Shown: positions 1-9,798, counted from the stretch's first letter. The stretch: 64,000 nucleotides of DNA from Nannocystis bainbridge (GCF_028368995.1 NZ_JAQNDL010000001.1:2912001-2976000); one strand, 5' to 3'. The notes: a model not told the origin generated them from the letters alone. Made by a program: numbers and translations.

Positions 1-42
1 TCTCCTCACACCCTGTCGGCGCCGAAGTCGCTGCGTGGTCAA

Positions 43-483
43 TCAGTAGCCGCGGAGGCGGCGGATGTCGCGGCGTTCTTGTTTCGTCGGCCGGCCGAGG
101 CCGCGATCGCGCACCACCATCCCGGGCACCTCCGTCGAGGGCGGGCGCGGCGGTGATCGATCGTTGTAGAGCGTGCGGGCCACCGCGGCCGGGCCCCGGC
201 GTTCGCTGAGGCCGAGCACCTCCAGGATCCGCAGCCCGTCGCTGGTCTTGATCGTGACCTCCTCGCCGCGGCGCAGCGACCGGGCCGCCTTTGCCGTGAC
301 GCCGGCCACCTTCACGTGGCCTGCGGCGCACGCCTCGCTCGCCAGCCCGCGGGTCTTGAAGCAGCGCGCCGCCCACAACCACTTGTCGAGCCGCACCGAC
401 TGCAGCGCCGGATCTCCCGCGGGGCCTGGCGGCGTCGCACCGGCCTCGGCCTCGCCCTCGTCATTGTCGTCCGCGTCGTCCAT
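43..483 (-). CDS. hslR: S4-domain RNA-binding protein, heat shock protein Hsp15
   Basis: Contains VRLDKWLWAARCFKTRGLASEACAAGHVKV and C-terminal GRPTKQERRDI, both typical of Hsp15. Start taken at ATG 483 (MDDADD); the ORF is open to 636. Confidence 0.9.
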   Translation of the reverse strand: MDDADDNDEGEAEAGATPPGPAGDPALQSVRLDKWLWAARCFKTRGLASEACAAGHVKVAGVTAKAARSLRRGEEVTIKTSDGLRILEVLGLSERRGPAAVARTLYNDRSPPRPPSTEVPGMVVRDRGLGRPTKQERRDIRRLRGY

Positions 484-704
484 CCAGGGGCCTTCAGCAT
501 GCCCCGGGCCTCCCCCGTTCGCCAGCGCTGGCGACGCCTCGCGCGCGCTCGCCCGGCCTTGCGCGATCGTCGCTCGAGGCGTGGGCGGCCGCCTCTTCGG
601 CCGCCTCGAGCGCACCGCCGTGGCCGCCACGAACATGCCCCAAGAGACATCTACCCGGCCGCGCGCTTGACAAGCGAACCCGGCCGCGAAACCCTCATGA
701 ACGC

Positions 705-1955
705 ATGCAAGGCGCCCCCCCGATCAACTTCGCGGTGCCCGGAGACGTCGGGGCCGCGCAGCGAATGGCCGCCGCCGCTCGCGGCGACGCCGTCGCCTTC
801 ATCGAGCTGTGCGAGAGCTACGCCCCGGCCCTGCTGGGCGCGACCTTGCGGATCCTCGGCGACCGGGTCGCCGCCGAGAGCGCGGTCTACGGCGTCCTCC
901 TCGACGGCTGGCGCGGCGCCAAGCAGTTCGACCCGCGTCACTACAGCGTCCGCGTGTGGTGGACCATCGGAGCCCGCGGCGCGGCCCTGCACGCCCTGCC
1001 CGAGCACCGCGCCGCTCGCATGGCGGCCGTCCACGACACCCAGATCACCACCCTCGACGACAAGACCGAGGCGCCCGACGTGGGGCCCCTGCGCCAGGCC
1101 GTGCAGACGGCGATGCTCGACCTCGACGACGAGCCGCGCAGCGCCCTCCAGCTGGCCTACTTCGAGGGCCTCGGCGCCGGCGAGATCGCCGATCGTGCCC
1201 GCACCTCGCCCGAGGTCGTGCGCGCCCAGGTCGCCGACGGCCTGCGGCGGCTGTCGGCGGCGCTCGCCGGCACCCCTCCCACCACCGATGTCCCGCGCCC
1301 GCACGACCACCTCGCCGCCGCTTACTTGCTCGACGAGCTCGCGCCCGAGGACCGCGTCCGCTTCGAGCGCGGCGAGGCCATCGGCGAGCTGCAGGCCGTC
1401 GAGGTTGCGGCCCAGCGCGACAACGTCCACGGCCTCGCGCTCTACACCTTCCCCGCCGCCCTGTTGCCGCAGACGCGCGCGCGCCTGGTCGCCGCGATCG
1501 CCGGCCCCGAGCGACTCAGCCCGTTCACCGAGGACCTCGCCGCGCTGCTGCGCCTGCCGCACCACGACGCCCGCGAGATCCTCGCCCGCGTCGACGCGCC
1601 CCGCGGCTGGCGCGACGACGCCGGCCTGCGGATCTTGCCGCTCGAGACCGGCGCCGAGGTACGTGTCCCCGAGAGCATGTCCGAAGAGCCAGATGCGGTC
1701 TCCACCAGCGACATCACGCTGATCCAGCGTCCGGCGTGGCCGCGGCGGCTGATCGTGCGCGTCGCACCGGGCGCGGTCATCCCGTCTCGCTATCCGCACA
1801 GCGAGGCGCGCGTGCTGGTGCTCCAGGGCGGCCTCAGTCACGAGGAGTCCGGCGCGGCGCGCCCGGGCGACCTGGTGCCGTGGCCTTCGGGCACCACGCT
1901 GGGCGTGGCCGACGCGGGCGGGCCGGAGCTGATCCTCGCCGTTCTGAATCAATGA
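705..1955 (+). CDS. ECF sigma-70 factor fused to anti-sigma-like segment and ChrR-type cupin
   Basis: Region 2-like (GDAVAFIELCESYAPALLGATLRILGDRVAAE...FDP) and region 4 (LQLAYFEGLGAGEIADR) are followed by HLAAAYLLDELAPEDRVRFE and a cupin-like VRVAPGAVIP...VLVLQG..PGD. Confidence 0.7.
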   Translation: MQGAPPINFAVPGDVGAAQRMAAAARGDAVAFIELCESYAPALLGATLRILGDRVAAESAVYGVLLDGWRGAKQFDPRHYSVRVWWTIGARGAALHALPEHRAARMAAVHDTQITTLDDKTEAPDVGPLRQAVQTAMLDLDDEPRSALQLAYFEGLGAGEIADRARTSPEVVRAQVADGLRRLSAALAGTPPTTDVPRPHDHLAAAYLLDELAPEDRVRFERGEAIGELQAVEVAAQRDNVHGLALYTFPAALLPQTRARLVAAIAGPERLSPFTEDLAALLRLPHHDAREILARVDAPRGWRDDAGLRILPLETGAEVRVPESMSEEPDAVSTSDITLIQRPAWPRRLIVRVAPGAVIPSRYPHSEARVLVLQGGLSHEESGAARPGDLVPWPSGTTLGVADAGGPELILAVLNQ

Positions 1956-1992
1956 GGTGCCGGGGGCGCCGTGGCGTGCTAACCACGGCCCC

Positions 1993-2304
1993 ATGTCCGG
2001 ATCTACCCACCGGCCCGACGAGACGCGCCGGGCCCCCGCGCGCGAGGCGATCCTCGCCGCGCACAGCTTCCCCGGCGAGTATACGATCAAGGCCTTCGGC
2101 CCAGCCGACGACGCCTTCCGGACCGCCGCGGTCGACAGCGCGCATGGCGTGGTCGGCCCCGCGCGGCTGGCCGTGAGCGAACGAATGACGCGCTCGGGCG
2201 ACCGCCTCTGTCTCACGTTCATTCTCGCCGCCGAGAGCGTCGAGGAGGTCGAGGAGGTGTACGCCCGACTGTACAGCCTCCCCGCCGTCCTCTTAATCTT
2301 TTGA
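1993..2304 (+). CDS. DUF493/YbeD family protein
   Basis: HSFPGEYTIKAFG...SGDRLCLTF...VEEVYARL pattern; about 100 aa. Confidence 0.75.
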   Translation: MSGSTHRPDETRRAPAREAILAAHSFPGEYTIKAFGPADDAFRTAAVDSAHGVVGPARLAVSERMTRSGDRLCLTFILAAESVEEVEEVYARLYSLPAVLLIF

Positions 2305-2391
2305 GGCCAGAGTCTCGCTCGCGCCCCTGAATGTCCTCGCGGCGCCGCGGGTCCAAACCCGCGGCTCCCGTCACCCCACCGACCAGTTGCC

Positions 2392-3015
2392 ATGCTTGCA
2401 CGTCCACTCCAGCTCATCGCCCTAGGCCTCGCGCTCACCTCCGGCCTCGGCGCCAACCTCGGCTGCAAGCCCAAGGCCGTGCGCGGCGGCCCCGGCACCG
2501 AGAACCCCAACCTCGACCAGGGCGCGATGAGCACCACGCTCGACCGCAAGGACTTGCAGGATCTGCTGCAGGTCGCGCTCGAGAAGCTGCACGCCTCGCC
2601 GTTCTGGGCCCAGGTCTCGAGCTTCCCGGCCCCGGTGGTGGTGGCGATCTGGCCGTTCAAGAACGAGACCTCGGAGCACATCGACGACCAGCTCAACACG
2701 CTGCTCGGCGACCTCGAGACCGAGCTCGTCAACAGCGGCGTGGTCCAGGTGGTCAGCCGCGAGCGCCAGGCCGAGATGGCCAGCGAAGCCGCGGTGCAGC
2801 AGAACCGCTCGGTCTACGACCCGAACTTCGCCGCCCAGATCTCGCGCCAGATCGGCGCCAAGTACTTCTTCACCGGCAAGGTCGGCAGCGTCGACGAGTT
2901 CTTCAACAAGGAGCGCCGGGTCCAGTACACCCTGTTCATCCAGGTGATCGAGGTCGAGACCAGCCTGGTGCGCTTCCAGTACAAGGCCGAGCGCAGCAAG
3001 GCGATCGTCCGCTAG
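2392..3015 (+). CDS. LpoB-like lipoprotein (penicillin-binding protein activator family)
   Basis: Lipobox-like NLGC; FKNETSEHID, LVNSGVVQVVS and GAKYFFTGKV resemble the LpoB/CsgG-like fold. Confidence 0.7.
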   Translation: MLARPLQLIALGLALTSGLGANLGCKPKAVRGGPGTENPNLDQGAMSTTLDRKDLQDLLQVALEKLHASPFWAQVSSFPAPVVVAIWPFKNETSEHIDDQLNTLLGDLETELVNSGVVQVVSRERQAEMASEAAVQQNRSVYDPNFAAQISRQIGAKYFFTGKVGSVDEFFNKERRVQYTLFIQVIEVETSLVRFQYKAERSKAIVR

Positions 3016-3021
3016 GGTGCC

Positions 3022-4419
3022 ATGCCCGCCCCGTCCGCGCGCCTGCGAGCCGGCCTGGCCGCGCTCTCGCTCGGCCTGGCCCTCGGGACAGGTTGTGCGA
3101 CCTACTCGGACCGCACCCGCGAGGCCCGCGGCGCGGCCCAGCGGGGCGACCTGCCCGGCGCAGAGAAGCAGGTCAACAAGCTGCTCGGCACCCGCAGCAG
3201 CAAGGACATGCCGACCAAATGGAAGAAGGACACCGCGCTGGCCCTGCTCGAGCGCGGCATGATCCTCCACGCCAGCGGCGCCTACAAGCTCAGCGCCCGC
3301 GACCTCTCGGTCGCCGAGAAGCAGCTCGAGCTCCTCGACATCGCCCGCGACGGCGCCGGCCAGCTCGGCAAGTACGTGTTCTCCGACAGCTCCACCAAGT
3401 ACAAGGCGCCGCCGTCGGAGAAGCTGGTCCTCAACGCCTACAACCTCCTCAACTACCTGTTGCAGGGCGACCTCTCGGGCGCGCGCGTCGAGGCCAAGCG
3501 CTTCACCGTGATGCACGAGTACCTCACCAGCTACGACCAGCGCGGCCGCCCGCGGGGCGACGGCGCGGGCGGCGAGGCCCCGGCGCTGCCCCACGGCGCG
3601 TTCGGCAGCTGGCTGGCCGGCTTCGTGTTCGAGCGCCTCGGCGAGCACGAGTCGGCGCTGCGCTACTACGACGAGGCCCTGCAGGCGCGCCCGTTCGCCA
3701 GCCTGGTCGGCCCGGTCCAGCGGCTGTCGGCGCTGGCCGGCTACCGCTCGCCCCACATCGATGCTGTCCTCGGGGGCATGTCCTATGAGGCAGCCCAGGC
3801 GCCGGCCGAGGTCGTGGTGGTCGTCAGCGTCGGCCGGGCCCCGCTCAAGGAGGCGCGCCACATGCCGATCGGCGCCGCCATCGGCCTGGCCCACGCCTAC
3901 GTCACCGGCGACAGCCGCGTGCTCGAGCGCAGCGCGCTGAAGATGGTCGTCTACCCCGAGCTGGTGCCGTCGGGCAGCGCGTTCGAGACCGCCGAGCTGC
4001 GCGTCGACGGCCAGGCGGTCGGGCTCGAGATCGCCAGCGACATCCAGACCGAGGTCATCACCGAGTACGAGGAGATGAAGCCGAAGATCATCGGCGCCGC
4101 GATCTCGCGCCTGATCGTGCGCGCCGCGGTGGCCGAGGGCGCGCGCGCGGCCGGCAACAGCGCGGAGAAGGGCGGCGCGATCATCGGCCTGTTCGCCGCG
4201 CTCGCGGCCGAAGGCGCCCTGCTGGCGGCCGATCGCCCTGACACCCGCTCCTGGACGCTCCTGCCCGGCCTCGTCCTGGTCGCGCGCGTCCCCGTCCTGC
4301 CCGGCCCGCACGCCGTCAGCGTGATCGCCTCCGGCCGCGGCGGCAGCGAGACCCGCAACTATTCGCTCGACGTGGCCGCCGGCGGCTACGTTGTGCTCGA
4401 CGTCACCACCCTGCGCTGA
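3022..4419 (+). CDS. COG3014-family TPR-like lipoprotein
   Basis: Lipobox GTGC; LLERGMILH, YKAPPSEK..LNYL, ARVEAKR and ADRPDTRSWTLLP motifs. This family typically lies next to LpoB-like genes. Confidence 0.7.
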   Translation: MPAPSARLRAGLAALSLGLALGTGCATYSDRTREARGAAQRGDLPGAEKQVNKLLGTRSSKDMPTKWKKDTALALLERGMILHASGAYKLSARDLSVAEKQLELLDIARDGAGQLGKYVFSDSSTKYKAPPSEKLVLNAYNLLNYLLQGDLSGARVEAKRFTVMHEYLTSYDQRGRPRGDGAGGEAPALPHGAFGSWLAGFVFERLGEHESALRYYDEALQARPFASLVGPVQRLSALAGYRSPHIDAVLGGMSYEAAQAPAEVVVVVSVGRAPLKEARHMPIGAAIGLAHAYVTGDSRVLERSALKMVVYPELVPSGSAFETAELRVDGQAVGLEIASDIQTEVITEYEEMKPKIIGAAISRLIVRAAVAEGARAAGNSAEKGGAIIGLFAALAAEGALLAADRPDTRSWTLLPGLVLVARVPVLPGPHAVSVIASGRGGSETRNYSLDVAAGGYVVLDVTTLR

Positions 4420-4499
4420 CCCTCGCTTACGCTGCTCGTCATCCGCCTCGCGCTCCGTCTCTCTCCATACGCAGCCCGCTCGCCCTTCGAGGTGTTCCC

Positions 4500-5114
4500 A
4501 TGATCCGTCGTCGCCTTCGTCTCCGCGCCCTGCACTCCTTCCTCTCGGTCGTCGGCGTGTACCTCGGATTGTGCGCCGTCGCGCCGGTCGCCGAGGCCAG
4601 CGTGCTCGGCCGCCGCGGCATCGAGATCGAGGGCCCGCAGGACCGCCGCGGCTTCTTCATCGGGCCCGGCATCGGCTTCGGCGCGACGTACTTCGACAGC
4701 CCGCTGTTCGCCCGCACCTTCAACGAGGCGACCGCCTTCATCCCCGGCGGCCGCATCGAGCTGGCCCTCGGCGGCGGCGTCGGCAAGCGCCTCACGCTCG
4801 GCGTCAACCTCCACCTCGGCACTTACATGTCGAGCCGCTTCGGCCCCAAGGTGTTCTTCGGCGGCGACGTCGAGGCCAACATCTTCATCATCCGCGGCTT
4901 CTTCGTCCGCACCGGCCTCGGCATCGGCGGCGTGCCGCAGGGCGACGGCCGCCGCGTCCGCATGGGCGCCGGCGGCGTGGTCGGCCTCGGCTACGAGTTC
5001 TGGCTCAACGCCAGCGCAGCCCTCGGCGTGGCCCTGCTCTACGACCTCCGCGCGGTCCCGGGCGACGGCCTGCGTCACACGCCGTACGTCGGCTTGCGCT
5101 TCGCCTGGTACTGA
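4500..5114 (+). CDS. Putative outer-membrane beta-barrel protein
   Basis: Signal peptide, alternating Gly/aromatic strands, and a terminal aromatic residue (GLRFAWY). Confidence 0.55.
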   Translation: MIRRRLRLRALHSFLSVVGVYLGLCAVAPVAEASVLGRRGIEIEGPQDRRGFFIGPGIGFGATYFDSPLFARTFNEATAFIPGGRIELALGGGVGKRLTLGVNLHLGTYMSSRFGPKVFFGGDVEANIFIIRGFFVRTGLGIGGVPQGDGRRVRMGAGGVVGLGYEFWLNASAALGVALLYDLRAVPGDGLRHTPYVGLRFAWY

Positions 5115-5300
5115 CGCCCGCATCGGCCAGGCCCGCGCCAAGTTCAGCGCAGCCCTCGAATTCCTTTTTGCGCGCAGGGTTAGAGGCCAAGGCGCTCGTC
5201 GGGAGCGGTCCCGGATAATCAGCAATCGTCCCCGAGCCTGTCCCAGGACTTTCTGTGACAGGCCTCGGTTCCGCGCGAAGCGCCCCGGGACCGAACCCTC

Positions 5301-5711
5301 GTGGACGGCACCGGCCCAGCCGACACTTACCTGGGCGGTGGCGACGTGCTCGTCATCAAGCTGTCCTCGAGCGATGAGAAGGTGTGGAGCCGCATGTTCG
5401 GCACGGGCGGGGGCGACGAACCCAAGGGCGTCGCCACCGACGCGTCGAACAACATCTATGTGGTCGGGTACACGTCGGGCAACCTGGGCGGCAACAACGC
5501 CGGGATGAATGATTACTTCGTCACCCTGTTCTCGAAGGGCGGGACCAAGCTGTGGAGCCGTCAACGCGGCACGAGCAAATCCGACTACTCGAGCGACATC
5601 GCGGTGACCTCGTTCGGCACGCCAGTGATCGCCGGGCAAACCGACGGCTCGTTCGGAACGCCGAACCTCGGCAGCAACGAATGGGTCGAGGCCATGCTGT
5701 GCGGGCAGTGA
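5301..5711 (+). pseudogene. SBBP/beta-propeller repeat protein, C-terminal fragment
   Basis: WSRMFGTGGGDEPKGVATDASNNIYVVGYT and WSRQRGTSKSDYSSDIAV repeats. Only about two blades and no signal peptide, so probably 5'-truncated. Confidence 0.55.
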
Positions 5712-5973
5712 GGTGCTGCGCCGACATCGAACTCGATCACGCCGGCGTCGGCAGCCAGCGCCGCGAGCTGCTCCGTCACCTGGAGGTCGCGGATGAACTG
5801 TAGAGGATCGCGGGGCCTCGACTCGGACCTGCCAACCGGCGCCCCTCGACGGCATCGGGGACGCGGTCGTGGGTCGTCGGGAGCATCCGCGAGCTGCTTG
5901 GCTGACGACTAACATCGCCGCACATCGGGCCGAGTTCGGATAAGTTCGGGCAAGAGACCAAAGGACACACGAC

Positions 5974-7074
5974 ATGGCTGCGACCGTCACGGAGCTCGAT
6001 GGCCCGCTCAGACAAGAATTCGAGTCGATCCTCTGCTCGCTCTTCGGCGACAACACCGGCGAGTTGCGACAGCACCTGAGCTACGAGCCGCAGGCCTCCA
6101 GCCTCGTCACAGAGCTACCCGGTCCGAGTGCCTCGATGAGCGCGCTGGTGCATGCGAGCGTGACACTCTTGCTGTCGCACGGCAGGTTGAGCGAACCAGG
6201 CTTCTTCGAGCGCTTGATCGCCCGGAGGCCGCTGCGTGGAGACGAGATCCGGGCGATACGCCAGCGGATCTCGGGTGAAAATTCCTCGCCAGGTGAGGCC
6301 GGGCGGACGCACGTCCTGGTGTTTCGCGGTCAGTTCCCGCAACAGCCGACGCTGATCTCGCTCAAAGAGATCCGGGACGCTCTCCGCCCGATCCAGCCGA
6401 TCGACGAACCAGAGTGGCTCGACTGGCCCCCGCTCGACGCACGGGACCTCACCGCCTGGCGCGCCGGCCTCCGGTCGCTGCATGAACGCGTGGGGCAGTT
6501 CATCGATGCCAAGGTGCGCCCTTCGACCGAGGGCAGCGTATCGGTATTTGCGCTCGGGCCGACTCCGTGGTTGATCGCACTCGGAGATCGCCTCGGAGAT
6601 GCGATTCCGGTCCGAATCTACGGGCGGCTGCGCGAGCCCGAGGGCTGGCACTGGCAGTCGTCCCCTGAATCGGAGACGGCGCTCCGGGTCGAACGGCGCG
6701 GCCCGACCACGAAGGTCACGAGCGTCGCGCTGCTCCTCTCGATCAGCGCTCGCATCTCCCGCAAAGAGGTCGACGCCGTGCTACCGAGACCCGGGCGGGC
6801 GCTGTTCGAGGTATCGCTCGAGCGTCCGCGGCCTGACGCGATCCGCACCGAGGCGCAACTGAGAGAATTCGCCGAACACGCGCGAACGTTGTTCTACCGG
6901 ATCTTCTCGGGTCATACGCGCGATCGGCCGATTCACGTGTTCGCGGCTGCGCCGGCGCCGGTCCTGCTCGCGCTCGGGCGAGCGCTGCCCCACCGCGTCG
7001 CCCGACAGGTCCACCTCCATGACTATTCGGCGCGGGAGGGGTTCAGCCAGGCGCTGCCGCTCTACGAGACATGA
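5974..7074 (+). CDS. SAVED-domain protein (CBASS cyclic-oligonucleotide sensor) with N-terminal helical EAD-like domain
   Basis: SAVED motifs VSVFALGPTPWLIALGDRL..IYGRLREPEGWHW, VALLLSISARI and IHVFAAAPAPVLLALGR. The N-terminal ~95 aa are helical with no nuclease, TIR or TM signature. Confidence 0.85.
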   Translation: MAATVTELDGPLRQEFESILCSLFGDNTGELRQHLSYEPQASSLVTELPGPSASMSALVHASVTLLLSHGRLSEPGFFERLIARRPLRGDEIRAIRQRISGENSSPGEAGRTHVLVFRGQFPQQPTLISLKEIRDALRPIQPIDEPEWLDWPPLDARDLTAWRAGLRSLHERVGQFIDAKVRPSTEGSVSVFALGPTPWLIALGDRLGDAIPVRIYGRLREPEGWHWQSSPESETALRVERRGPTTKVTSVALLLSISARISRKEVDAVLPRPGRALFEVSLERPRPDAIRTEAQLREFAEHARTLFYRIFSGHTRDRPIHVFAAAPAPVLLALGRALPHRVARQVHLHDYSAREGFSQALPLYET

Positions 7075-8815
7075 ACGGCGGGGCGCACACGGGACAGTGC
7101 GGCTGCGAGAAGACTTCACCGGCGTGCTCGAGCCGCTCGACGGGCTCCTCGAAGCGCGGCGAGGTCCGGTAGCCGGCCGTGCGGAACGCGGCGGGGTCGC
7201 CCTTCCACGAGCGCAGCAAGGCGCCCCTGTGCTCGCCGGTCATCGCTTGCAAGGCGAGGCGCACCGCCAGCTCGGCGGTGCGCGTGGCGTCGAGCGAGCC
7301 GAACGGAGTGAAAGCGTTGCCGCACGCGGCCAGCTCGCGCGTCACCGCCTGGCCAGGGGCCGCGAACGCGGCGCGATTGCACAGGGCCGGGGCGCGCTCC
7401 TCTTGTGCGGGGGTGAACAGGCAATCGAGGCAGCCCGCCGGACGCGGCTGCTTCGGTCCGTGCCCGGCGATCAGCGCCGCGTGGCCACCGAGCCCGAGCG
7501 GCTCGAGCCAGGTGTAGACGATCGGCGGCGCCTCGGCGGCGTCGAGCGCGATCTCGTTGAGCCAGCGGTCGACGTTGGGATCGCCGGTGGCGGCGACGAC
7601 GATGTCGAAGTCTGCGAGACGGATCGTGCCGGCCTCGATCGCCTGTTCGATGGCCGCGGCGACCGGCTCGACCGTGAGCGCGGGATAGTGCGTTTTCAGC
7701 TCGAAATTCAGCAGGTGGACCTTCGCGGGCGACTTGAGGAACGCCCGCAGGACGTCGCTCGCTAGCGGTTGACCGAGCACGTGGCGGTAGGCGTTCTCGG
7801 GACGGAGCTCGTCGGGGTCCACGAGGGTGAGCGCTTGGACGCCGGCGCGCGCGAGCTCGCCGGCGACGTGACCGCCGACGGCGCCGCAGCCGATCAGCAG
7901 CGCCCTGGAGCGCCGTACCGCCGCGAGCCCACCGCCGCGGGCGACCAGGTAGTCGAGGTCTTGTCGGAAGACGGTGATCGCCTGCGCTCCTGCGGTGCCC
8001 GGACGCCTCGTCAGCGGATGCTCGCCCTCGATACCGAGGTACTCCACGCCGATCAGGCACTGCCCGCCGCGCGGCAACGGGACGCGGACGACGACGAAGC
8101 TGCTCGTGCGGGGCTTGCCGCGCAGTTGCATGTGCAGCGACTTGCGCTGCGCGTCGGTCAGGTTCTGCTTGATGAAACGGGTGATCTCCGTGGTTCCCCA
8201 CTCCGACGGAGTCGAGTCGATCGGCCGCGTCACCTCGTGGAGCGGGACGTAGAGCACCTGCTCGGCGGGCAACCCGGGCAACACGCGGTTCGCCTGTGCG
8301 CGATTGTCGAACAGGTGCCACCACTGGGACATGCGGACGCCGCAAACCCACCGGATCTCCTCGCCTGGCGACACCATCGACAGCGCGAGCGCTTGGCCGG
8401 GCCAGTACAGCGCCAGCTCCTCGATGAACGCGGCCGAGTTGTCGCCGCGTAGCCCGCTGGCGACGAGCTCCAGCGCCATGCGCAGCGCGTCGGCGACGAC
8501 CGCGACGGCGTCCCTGCGATCGAGCAGCACGCCGTCGTGCTCCGAGTAGCAGACATACCCGTGCTTGTGGACGTGAGGCAGCCGCGAGTCGAGGTCGAGG
8601 ACATAGATCCGCGGCAGGACGTTGGGAAAGCGCCGCGGGATGCCGATCCGCACGCGGAGCTCGCGGCCCTCGACGCGGGCTCGGCCCGTGAACGCGCCCG
8701 CGAGCCCATTCGCCCAGCTCTGAGCGAGGAGCTCGGGCCCAGCGGGCGCCGCGTCCTCGAGGATGCCCGCGGCGCACAGCTCGGCGAGCAATTCGGTCAG
8801 GATGGGTCGCGTCAT
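7043..8815 (-). CDS. cap2: CBASS Cap2-like E2-E1 (ThiF) ubiquitin-transferase-like fusion
   Basis: E2 part FPNVLPRIY..LPHVHKHGYVC. E1 part LLIGCGAVGG, VDPDELRPENAYRH, CLDC/CPVC Zn pairs and ACGNAFTPFGSLDA. ATGA overlap with the CD-NTase stop. Confidence 0.85.
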   Translation of the reverse strand: MTRPILTELLAELCAAGILEDAAPAGPELLAQSWANGLAGAFTGRARVEGRELRVRIGIPRRFPNVLPRIYVLDLDSRLPHVHKHGYVCYSEHDGVLLDRRDAVAVVADALRMALELVASGLRGDNSAAFIEELALYWPGQALALSMVSPGEEIRWVCGVRMSQWWHLFDNRAQANRVLPGLPAEQVLYVPLHEVTRPIDSTPSEWGTTEITRFIKQNLTDAQRKSLHMQLRGKPRTSSFVVVRVPLPRGGQCLIGVEYLGIEGEHPLTRRPGTAGAQAITVFRQDLDYLVARGGGLAAVRRSRALLIGCGAVGGHVAGELARAGVQALTLVDPDELRPENAYRHVLGQPLASDVLRAFLKSPAKVHLLNFELKTHYPALTVEPVAAAIEQAIEAGTIRLADFDIVVAATGDPNVDRWLNEIALDAAEAPPIVYTWLEPLGLGGHAALIAGHGPKQPRPAGCLDCLFTPAQEERAPALCNRAAFAAPGQAVTRELAACGNAFTPFGSLDATRTAELAVRLALQAMTGEHRGALLRSWKGDPAAFRTAGYRTSPRFEEPVERLEHAGEVFSQPHCPVCAPPFMSRRAAAPG

Positions 8816-9798
8816 GCCGCCGACCCAGAGGCGACGATCGCCGAACGCTTGCGCGTGGGTTTGCCTTCCGGACCGGGGAAGTCGTCGCCGAACACGCGGC
8901 GCAGGACGTCGCACGCCCCGTCGCGATCTGGGCTCCCCAGCGCGGTCGTCAGCGCTCGCTCGAGGCGCTCGAGCTCCTCACGGAAGATTTCCATCTGGCG
9001 CTCGGTCATGCGTTCGAACGGGTCATTGCCGGGAGCGACCGGGAGCTTCGCTTTCAGCCGCCGCTCGGGATACTCATGCATGGCCTTCACCATTGCCAGG
9101 AGCGCCGCCGCATCGTCGTAGTGAAACCGCATGTCGACGGGATCCTGGCGACGCTCGACGCGAAACCACTTCAGCGCTGCGGCCGTGAGCGCGATGCCCC
9201 TGGGCGCCGCCTCTCCTTCGCTGGAGAAGCGCTCGTCCTTCCAGCGCTTCAGGACACGTACCACCCGACGGAATTGCACCCTGTCTTGATCTTTGAAGCG
9301 CCCGTCGATGAAGGCGCCGAGCGCCTGCGGATCCGAGGGCTGCCAGATCCTCATGTCTGGCCGATCGCCGGGCTTGCCGCACGCGATGTGGAGGCGCTCG
9401 TGTGCGTCGCGGGCGTAGACCGCGAGGTCGACGTGATACAGTGGTTCGTCTCCGCGCCGGTAAAACACGGTGACGCACGGGCGGCGGAGCCGAACCGAGC
9501 TGCCGAGGTCTTCGAGACCCGCGAGCACTCGCTGCTTGAGGGCGACGGGGTCGGGCCATTCGTCGATCGTGGTGTTGAAACGTAGGGCGACGTCGATGTC
9601 GTAGTCGCCGCTCAGCGGGTGGACGCCCGTGCGCAGGTCGTAGCTGCCCTGATTGCAGGGGTCAAAGCTCGGGCCGTCGAGCCGCGCGCGGAGGTGCTCG
9701 AGGATGACATTACGTCGCTCGCGGAGGACGCCGGTACGGTCCCAGTCGAGCTTGATCGTCTCGTCGAAGGTCGCCAGGTATGGATTGATGTTGGTCAT
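8812..9798 (-). CDS. cGAS/DncV-like nucleotidyltransferase (CD-NTase, SMODS)
   Basis: NQGSYDLRTGVHPLSGDYDIDV (GS..DxD), RRPCVTVFY, YHVDLAVY and FRRVVRVLKRWKD. The C-terminal tail ends in small residues (VASGSAA). Confidence 0.92.
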   Translation of the reverse strand: MTNINPYLATFDETIKLDWDRTGVLRERRNVILEHLRARLDGPSFDPCNQGSYDLRTGVHPLSGDYDIDVALRFNTTIDEWPDPVALKQRVLAGLEDLGSSVRLRRPCVTVFYRRGDEPLYHVDLAVYARDAHERLHIACGKPGDRPDMRIWQPSDPQALGAFIDGRFKDQDRVQFRRVVRVLKRWKDERFSSEGEAAPRGIALTAAALKWFRVERRQDPVDMRFHYDDAAALLAMVKAMHEYPERRLKAKLPVAPGNDPFERMTERQMEIFREELERLERALTTALGSPDRDGACDVLRRVFGDDFPGPEGKPTRKRSAIVASGSAA

